From sequence record MK962751: a DNA stretch of 51,854 bases; one strand, written 5' to 3'. This DNA is from Shigella phage JK16. The position numbers were made by a program, and so were the translations under genes. How positions within the stretch are numbered: the first letter of the stretch is position 1; each line of letters begins with the position of its first letter. Positions 45,484 through 51,854 of the stretch are shown here, piece after piece. The notes beneath the pieces were generated by a model. The model searched no databases, was not told the origin of the DNA, and saw only the letters and a program-made list of their open reading frames with translations.

Positions 45484-45758
45484 TAATTACACCTCAAATC
45501 AATAAATTTACTTTCATTTTGCCAACGGTTGATAAATTTAACTTCTTTATTGTCAACGCTCAACCTGTATTGCTTTTGGCTGAATCTGTTTTCTCGGACT
45601 GCATTAATTTTGACTTCATGTAATCCGTTAACAGGGAATGTTTTAACGTTAAATTTTGCCGTGCAATCGATCTCCTTGAAGTTGCCAGTAGGCGACGCTG
45701 CGCATCCTGTCAGAGCGGCTACAGTGGCGATAACTGCGATTAACTTTTTCATCTTCAA
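45483..45758 (-). CDS. lipoprotein, candidate superinfection-exclusion protein (Llp/Cor-like)
   Basis: Signal peptide with lipobox LTGC; about 90 aa with Cys near both ends; AAGGAG RBS; next to tail fibre gene J. Confidence 0.5.
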   Translation of the reverse strand: MKMKKLIAVIATVAALTGCAASPTGNFKEIDCTAKFNVKTFPVNGLHEVKINAVRENRFSQKQYRLSVDNKEVKFINRWQNESKFIDLRCN

Positions 45759-45783
45759 TACTCCTTAGTTGTTGTTGGCTGCA

Positions 45784-45825
45784 ACTATACACGATCTTGG
45801 GCATCGCGTTTAGCAAAAAGTGCTA
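45784..45825 (-). promoter_or_regulatory. motif-class promoter, minus strand (TAGCACTTTTTGCTAAACG, 17 nt, TATAGT)
   Basis: No minus-strand gene upstream; drives lipoprotein operon. Confidence 0.45.
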
Positions 45826-45889
45826 TTTGTTATTTTTTGTTTTCCGGTGTTATCGAATTTAAGACGGCGTAAATTTAGCGCAAAATTTA

Positions 45890-46190
45890 GACAACATAAG
45901 ATCAATAAACAATCAATAAAATAGATATATACATATAAAATCAATAGTTTATTTATTTATGTATGTATATTTGTTTTTTCTTGTTATCTGCGTTTCTTGT
46001 GGTTTTGGTTGTTTGTGGTGATTTTTCTTTCTGAGTATCTGTATGTGCCATCATTCATGTGTATGTATATAATCCGGCGTATCTGAGAGAACAGGGGAAC
46101 AAGAAAAATAACACACATTAATCATTAACTTATGAGTCAAATCTGTTTTCTTGCCATCTGAGAACGTTTAGAAAACAGAAAAAACAAAAC
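45890..46190. repeat. AT-rich non-coding region paralogous to 14925-15250
   Basis: Shared blocks TTATTTATTTATGTATGTAT, TTGTTATCT, TTGTGG repeats, GGGAACAAGAAAAA, ACACATTAA. Confidence 0.55.
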
Positions 46191-46195
46191 AGCTA

Positions 46196-46223
46196 TTGAC
46201 TAAATCAACCAAATGGCTACAAT
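46196..46223 (+). promoter_or_regulatory. sigma70-type promoter for recombination operon (TTGACT, 16 nt, TACAAT)
   Basis: Near-consensus hexamers 30 nt upstream of exonuclease start. Confidence 0.55.
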
Positions 46224-46253
46224 GCACGCATAAAGCAACAAGGAGCATTAAAG

Positions 46254-47309
46254 ATGAGTGATTTTAACGCCTACACTAGCGAAGAAATGAGCAACGAGCT
46301 TTATCATGATCCTAACGCGTGGACGGCTGAATATGTCAGCGGTTCCAGCCTAGCGGAGATTTACAGCACTTGCCCGGCGTACTGGAAGTACAAGCCGCGC
46401 CAGGAAACTAAAGCACTTGTTTTCGGTACGCAGTCGCATACCAACTTTGAAAGCAAGGAGCTATTCGAAAAAACATATCGCCGCGCACCGTCGCAGGATG
46501 ATTTTAAAGACCTGATCACTAGTCAAACGGCGTTAGCATCAAAGCTGAAATCTTTTGGCCTGAAAGGTACGACGGGTAAACAATACCCTGAATTACTGGA
46601 AATGCTGTACAAGTGCGGCGAGGATCTCAATGTGTGGTGGCTTATCGAAATGATGGCAGAATGCCAGGCCGCAGCGGACGGAGTGCAGTTAATAGACGCT
46701 AAAGATTATGATGCCTGTGTAGCGATGCGGCGCGTACTTGAGGCCATACCGGAGCATAACGCTTGCATGAACAGCCCAACCGCGCAGCGTGAAATGTCAA
46801 TATTTGGGATCATCAACGGCGTAAAAGTAAAAGTGCGTCTTGATCACGTTGACGTAAACAAGGATGTAAAGGCAACAATCATTAACGGTTACGACGAAAA
46901 AGGCAGGCCGATTTATGAAGAAGTCACCTATCCAGAAGCGGTGATTATCACTGACTACAAAACAACGGTTAGCGCAAATCCGGTTGACTTCCAGCGCCTG
47001 GCTTACAATCACGGCTATTATCTTAAAATGGCTTTGCAACATGACTTATTCAAAAAGGCTTATCCAGACGAGGAAAGGCCAGTAATTGTAAGATTGCTTG
47101 CGCAGGAGAAGAAAGAGCCTTACTTGCCGCTTGCTTTCCGCATGAATATTGAGCAATTGAAGATCGGGCGCATCCAGTACATGAGCGTGATCAACAAGTT
47201 CAACGTTTGCCAGCAGTTAGACGAATGGCCTTCGTATGCAAACGGGCAACCGGAAATTGATCTTGATACTCCTGATTGGGTTCGTGCTCAATTCAGGCAT
47301 TATCTTTGA
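46254..47309 (+). CDS. recombination exonuclease (PD-(D/E)XK family)
   Basis: IITDYKTT motif typical of RecB-like nuclease core; first gene of exonuclease-Erf-SSB operon. Confidence 0.6.
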   Translation: MSDFNAYTSEEMSNELYHDPNAWTAEYVSGSSLAEIYSTCPAYWKYKPRQETKALVFGTQSHTNFESKELFEKTYRRAPSQDDFKDLITSQTALASKLKSFGLKGTTGKQYPELLEMLYKCGEDLNVWWLIEMMAECQAAADGVQLIDAKDYDACVAMRRVLEAIPEHNACMNSPTAQREMSIFGIINGVKVKVRLDHVDVNKDVKATIINGYDEKGRPIYEEVTYPEAVIITDYKTTVSANPVDFQRLAYNHGYYLKMALQHDLFKKAYPDEERPVIVRLLAQEKKEPYLPLAFRMNIEQLKIGRIQYMSVINKFNVCQQLDEWPSYANGQPEIDLDTPDWVRAQFRHYL

Positions 47310-47384
47310 TAAACTAAACAAATAGCTAAACTTTTATAATGGTTGGTGATATAATTCGCCAACCAGATAACGGGAGAATGAGGA

Positions 47385-47642
47385 ATGACAGACAAAGACA
47401 ATGCCACATTATTGCATTTAGAACGATTCATTGATCGAGTAACCATTGCAATGAAAGAATTTATTAAGCCGATGAACATTAAAGAGTCGGAAGAAATGAA
47501 GACTTACATCAAGGACGTGGTTGCATCCATTGACAACGTTATCCTTGTTGCAACGATGAGCAAGGGAAACAAAGAGCGCGAGAGGTTGGTTGCTGAATCA
47601 ACAGAAGAATTTATTAAAATGCTTGAAAGCGAGAAGGAATAA
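47385..47642 (+). CDS. hypothetical protein
   Basis: 85 aa; GGGAGAATGAGG RBS. Confidence 0.4.
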   Translation: MTDKDNATLLHLERFIDRVTIAMKEFIKPMNIKESEEMKTYIKDVVASIDNVILVATMSKGNKERERLVAESTEEFIKMLESEKE

Positions 47643-48299
<657 letters not shown>

Positions 48300-48342
48300 T
48301 AAACGGGGCGCTTGCGCCCCTTTTGTCATAGGAGAAAACAAA

Positions 48343-48795
48343 ATGCACGTTATTACAGGTGAGATTCGAAAAGAGCCAAAAGTAAAGCAAATGCCTAACG
48401 GCAGCACGCTATATGTTATTGAGCTTTCCGAACGATACAAAGACCGAGAAGGAAATTGGCAGTATACAAACTATGTGTTTTTCTTTAACGCGAAAACAGA
48501 CGGCCTGAATGGTTGGTATGCTGAGGCGTTCCAGGTGGGCAAGGTTATTTCTGTTTCCTGCGATACCTTGCGAGTTGAAACGCGAGAATACAACGGAAAG
48601 ATTTACAGTACCGTGCAGCCTGGCGGATTTGCAAACTTGCTATTTAGCCAGAGAGGTGAAAGCCAGCAACAATATCAGCAGCGAACGCAAGGAGGATGGG
48701 GGCAACCACAACAGCAACAGCAACAAAATACTCAACAGCAGCCGCAGCAAAGCAATCAGCCTCCGATTGACTTTGACGACGATATACCATTCTGA
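48343..48795 (+). CDS. ssb: single-stranded DNA-binding protein
   Basis: OB-fold N-terminus, Gln/Gly-rich linker, acidic tail DFDDDIPF; AGGAGAAAAC RBS. Confidence 0.85.
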   Translation: MHVITGEIRKEPKVKQMPNGSTLYVIELSERYKDREGNWQYTNYVFFFNAKTDGLNGWYAEAFQVGKVISVSCDTLRVETREYNGKIYSTVQPGGFANLLFSQRGESQQQYQQRTQGGWGQPQQQQQQNTQQQPQQSNQPPIDFDDDIPF

Positions 48796-48799
48796 TAAC

Positions 48800-48830
48800 A
48801 AAAAGCCCCGCATATGCGGGGCATTTTTTA
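48800..48830. terminator. bidirectional rho-independent terminator between ssb (plus) and tail-fibre module (minus)
   Basis: Perfect palindrome GCCCCGCATATGCGGGGC flanked by A-run and T-run. Confidence 0.75.
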
Positions 48831-49502
48831 TTCTAACGTGGTTGGTTTGTTTACCAGTGCCGCTACAACCGCTTTTAGCTCGTCAATTTCTTTTCTCATC
48901 TCATCGTTTTCCGCTTTCAGTTTCTTAACGTGGTGAATCAGTGGAACAGTGAGGCGGTCATACATAACGCCTTTCGCCACCATGCCATTACTTGAAGCAA
49001 TGGCAGGATCTTCTCCTTCTTGCAGCGGTCGCCAGTGAACGTACTCCGGCGCAATTTCTCCAACCTCTTCCGCGATTAGCCCGTACCATCCCCAATCTTT
49101 ACGGTCGCTTTCACAAGTTGACCGATACCAAACAGGACGCATTTCAAGCATCAGATCCGCATATTCATCAATAACCGATTCTACGCTGCTCTTATAACGA
49201 GAAGAGGAAGTGGATCGTAAAACTTGCGACACTCCAGCATTTGGATCAAGCCATAAGTTTGCTGATTGAGCGGTTGTGTTAAGATTAAATAAATAAAATG
49301 CATCGTTACCAGTTAGGGGGTAAAAACTCCCACTATACCTTCCGCTATCCAACTCGGATGATAGATCAGTTTGTTTTAGATACAGCTTCAACTTATTGTC
49401 AACATCAGTAGTTGATGCTTTTCCTGCGACATCCTGTTTTAGTGTTGAAACTTCATTTTTCAGCTTCGTTATATCACTAGGTATAACAGTTACTGTAGCC
49501 AT
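48828..49502 (-). CDS. tail fibre-associated protein with C-terminal intramolecular-chaperone (peptidase S74-like) domain
   Basis: C-terminal GLIAEEVGEIAPEYVHW ... VMYDRLTVPLIHHVKKLKAENDEMRKEIDELK resembles endosialidase-chaperone domain. Confidence 0.5.
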   Translation of the reverse strand: MATVTVIPSDITKLKNEVSTLKQDVAGKASTTDVDNKLKLYLKQTDLSSELDSGRYSGSFYPLTGNDAFYLFNLNTTAQSANLWLDPNAGVSQVLRSTSSSRYKSSVESVIDEYADLMLEMRPVWYRSTCESDRKDWGWYGLIAEEVGEIAPEYVHWRPLQEGEDPAIASSNGMVAKGVMYDRLTVPLIHHVKKLKAENDEMRKEIDELKAVVAALVNKPTTLE

Positions 49503-49514
49503 TTTCCTAACTCC

Positions 49515-49793
49515 TTAAGCCCATTCTCTAATAGGCTGATCTAACTCAACCACGTATCCATTAAAAATTACGGCATCAAACTTATCATCAATGATTCGCA
49601 CATTGACGAAATAGCCGTCGTTCTTTCGCGCAATCTCATCGCCATCGTCAGATCGTGCAATTACTGTGTAAGTATTGCCGATCACATCGAGCAGGATTGT
49701 ATCCTGAATGGATTCGTTTTCGTTCCATTCAATTTCTTCCAGAAAGGCGGAAAACTCCGCCTTGTCTACAAATTTCAGTGTTAAATCACGCAT
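49515..49793 (-). CDS. hypothetical protein (possible fibre assembly factor)
   Basis: Start overlaps fibre stop (TAATG). Confidence 0.4.
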   Translation of the reverse strand: MRDLTLKFVDKAEFSAFLEEIEWNENESIQDTILLDVIGNTYTVIARSDDGDEIARKNDGYFVNVRIIDDKFDAVIFNGYVVELDQPIREWA

Positions 49794-51748
49794 TATACAA
49801 TTTCCCCCAATTGATGATCTGTTAGTGCCTTGTGCCATATACGGAAGTTTCTAACGTGCCCGAAAAGATGACGTTCGCCCGTAGTTGTTTGTCCGCCAAT
49901 CCTTATAGTAGCCGTTGATACTATATATCTCCATTCCGTTTTTGTTTCGCTTGATATTCTGGCATTACTTACACAACAAGTATTGTAATCACTCTTTACT
50001 CTCATTCCTATGATCATCTTTTTTAGTTTCGCATTCTCGTTAACCCTTCTGTTTGATTTACCTATATCGCAATAAGGGAATCCATCACTATCGCCCTTGG
50101 CAGATCCGAAAGCAAGAATAATTTCCGCACCAGATTGATGACCTCCAGAACCAAAAACACGAGGCGCAGCACTTGGCGTCATACTCCAGTTTTTATGAGC
50201 TTCCACAAGCACTGTAAACGGCAAATTGTAAAGGTTGTTTTTTATTGGCAATGTAACCATATCGCTTGCCCTTGTTGTCGGACTTTCATTAGTTATAATG
50301 AATGATGAAGCGCAAGATCCAACCTCTACTTGAGGAGTTGTTAAATCCATAAAGCTATTTTCATCAAAAACTTCTCCTTGTTTATTAACGACCTGTATTA
50401 CCCCCCTAATGGAAGTTGATTCATCAGTAACTTTGTAAACTATTTCTGCAAAAATCCATTCCCCGTCTATGGTAGCGTTCTTTAGCACTATGTTTTTTGC
50501 GTCAACTCCAGAAGTTGCCACCCCTAAGTTATCGCAATCAATAATAGCAGAAGCAACAGAAGATAAAGGATCTCCCTTGTCAAATCTTGCTGCAAATCTT
50601 ACATTTTTCCCCTTAGCCCTAAAAGATATTGTAACTCCATCACCCTTTACAACTGCAATATTATTTGTAGTAAGTCCAGCTATAATAGTGTAAGAGCCTA
50701 CGCCACCTAAATATTTCCCTGGTTTAAATGTTGCATACTTAAACCCCCTTTCATCAGTCTTAGTTTCACCTCTTTCTAATCCTGTATTTGGATTCCATGA
50801 TTCAGGCTTATTTGAATTTACAAAATAGTTTGTTCTCTGCCCTTCAATCAAAAGACCATCCTTTTCAAATCTAGGTTCATCAATAGCAGCATCAGTAAGC
50901 AACCCAGACTTATTAATGTAAGTAGCGGTTGATGCACGTTTAAACTTAACAATCTTGTCACCTGGCATCGTGATCTCATCATCACCTATGACAATCTTTT
51001 TGTATGACGGCGAGAATCCGGTGATCATATCCAGGGAATCATTAAATGGTATCCACACGTCAGGTAGAGGCTGCAATAAATCTTTGTAAGGTTCTGCGGC
51101 CTGTTTTGCGTATTCCTCCGCTTGATCTCGCGCACTTTCAGCGCCTGCCTTTGCGGTGTTCGCAGCATCACGCGCAGTTTCAGCGCCTTTTCTTGCAGTT
51201 TCAGCGCCAGTCTTTGCAGTGTTTGCAGCGTCGCGCGCGGATTCAGCGGCAGCCTTTGCAGTGTCAGCACCTTTCTTGCTATTCTCTGCATTTGTTGCGC
51301 TTGTCTTTGCGTTATTCTCGCTAGTTTTAGCTGCCTTCTGGCTTGCTGCGGCTGCGTCAGCATTTGTCTTTACGTCTTCCTGGATCTTCTGTAGCTTATC
51401 CCAATCAAAATCCTTGATGATCTCAATAAATCCAGCAAGCTCCGACTCCTTTCCCTGGTAATAACGCAACGTTTCCGCTACGTCTTGCGCAAGACCGTCA
51501 ACCGTTAACGAGTCATGAAGCAAGATCAGGTAATTTGTCTTCTGTACTACCGCGCCGCCAGTAGTAATTGCGCGAATGCTTGTATCGCTAATCACTTCTG
51601 TAATCACAGCAGCTTGCAAAGGTTGAGCAAGAAAGAAAATAGTTGCGCCTGGGCGAATCAAGGTTAATTGCTCACGCCATTTTGTACCGTAACCAGTTAC
51701 ATAACCTTGCGCGTCCATAGACGCTTGGCCTTGTCTGTAAATCGCCAT
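49793..51748 (-). CDS. tail fibre protein with Ala-rich repeat region and C-terminal lectin-like domain
   Basis: N-terminal fibre-anchor-like segment, 10-11 residue Ala-rich repeats (ARDAANTAK.GAE.AR), C-terminal GHVRNFRIWHKALTDHQLGEI resembling LamG/ConA-like lectin folds; AGGAGG RBS. Confidence 0.7.
   Translation of the reverse strand: MAIYRQGQASMDAQGYVTGYGTKWREQLTLIRPGATIFFLAQPLQAAVITEVISDTSIRAITTGGAVVQKTNYLILLHDSLTVDGLAQDVAETLRYYQGKESELAGFIEIIKDFDWDKLQKIQEDVKTNADAAAASQKAAKTSENNAKTSATNAENSKKGADTAKAAAESARDAANTAKTGAETARKGAETARDAANTAKAGAESARDQAEEYAKQAAEPYKDLLQPLPDVWIPFNDSLDMITGFSPSYKKIVIGDDEITMPGDKIVKFKRASTATYINKSGLLTDAAIDEPRFEKDGLLIEGQRTNYFVNSNKPESWNPNTGLERGETKTDERGFKYATFKPGKYLGGVGSYTIIAGLTTNNIAVVKGDGVTISFRAKGKNVRFAARFDKGDPLSSVASAIIDCDNLGVATSGVDAKNIVLKNATIDGEWIFAEIVYKVTDESTSIRGVIQVVNKQGEVFDENSFMDLTTPQVEVGSCASSFIITNESPTTRASDMVTLPIKNNLYNLPFTVLVEAHKNWSMTPSAAPRVFGSGGHQSGAEIILAFGSAKGDSDGFPYCDIGKSNRRVNENAKLKKMIIGMRVKSDYNTCCVSNARISSETKTEWRYIVSTATIRIGGQTTTGERHLFGHVRNFRIWHKALTDHQLGEIV
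51100..51350 (-). repeat. in-frame tandem DNA repeats (~33 bp units) inside tail fibre gene
   Basis: Repeated GCAGTTTCAGCGCC / CTTTGCAGTG units; all six frames open here in the ORF track. Confidence 0.7.
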
Positions 51749-51765
51749 TTGTAAAATCCTCCTAA

Positions 51766-51784
51766 ATAGCACTTTTTGCTAATG
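51766..51784 (+). promoter_or_regulatory. motif copy (TAGCACTTTTTGCTAATGA) at window end
   Basis: Plus-orientation copy with no plus-strand gene downstream in the window. Confidence 0.3.
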
Positions 51785-51812
51785 ACAATGCAGATAATAG
51801 CATTTTCAAGTG

Positions 51813-51839
51813 CAAAAAAAAACCCCGCATAAGCGGGGC
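51813..51839 (-). terminator. rho-independent terminator (minus strand) upstream of tail fibre gene
   Basis: Stem CCCCGC/GCGGGG followed by T9 on minus strand. Confidence 0.6.
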
Positions 51840-51854
51840 AATACTAGCGGAGTT

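Noticed and set aside
51025-51461. Several overlapping 90-112 aa ORFs on both strands
   Set aside because: They arise because the tandem repeat array inside the tail fibre gene keeps all frames open; the fibre frame is the only one continuous with flanking coding sequence.

Overview
This window looks like a near-complete genome of a virulent, T1-like siphovirus of an enterobacterial host (about 45% GC; no integrase or repressor seen). All calls are by eye from the sequence and the ORF track, with no database searches. Layout: (i) replication and DNA-modification block at 1-6.7 kb (primase on minus strand, SF2 helicase, VRR-NUC nuclease, Dam methyltransferase, metallophosphoesterase); (ii) lysis cassette at 6.9-8.0 kb (holin, SAR endolysin, unimolecular spanin); (iii) minus-strand cluster of small genes at 8.0-14.6 kb including a DUF3987-like P-loop protein, an HNH-AP2 homing endonuclease and a cytosine-5 methyltransferase-like protein; (iv) a 1.2 kb non-coding control region at 14.6-15.85 kb containing an exact 585 bp tandem duplication; (v) plus-strand early/accessory genes at 15.85-24.5 kb (lipoprotein, three-repeat protein, HAD phosphatase, dNMP kinase, many small ORFs); (vi) structural module at 24.5-44.6 kb (terminase small and large subunits, portal, head morphogenesis, scaffold, decoration proteins, major capsid, major tail, G/GT chaperone with -1 frameshift, tape measure, lambda-like M-L-K-I-J); (vii) a minus-strand trio including a lipoprotein at 44.6-45.8 kb; (viii) recombination module at 46.25-48.8 kb (exonuclease, Erf-like annealing protein, SSB); (ix) minus-strand tail-fibre module at 48.8-51.75 kb. 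The most striking unexplained signal is a conserved 19 bp intergenic motif, consensus AAATAGCACTTTTTGTTAAAAC, present in at least 18 copies. It often supplies the stop codon of the preceding gene, and in 13 copies it sits 17-19 nt upstream of a -10-like hexamer, usually with a small hairpin in between. I interpret this as a phage-specific, probably activator-dependent, promoter class that drives individual small genes.
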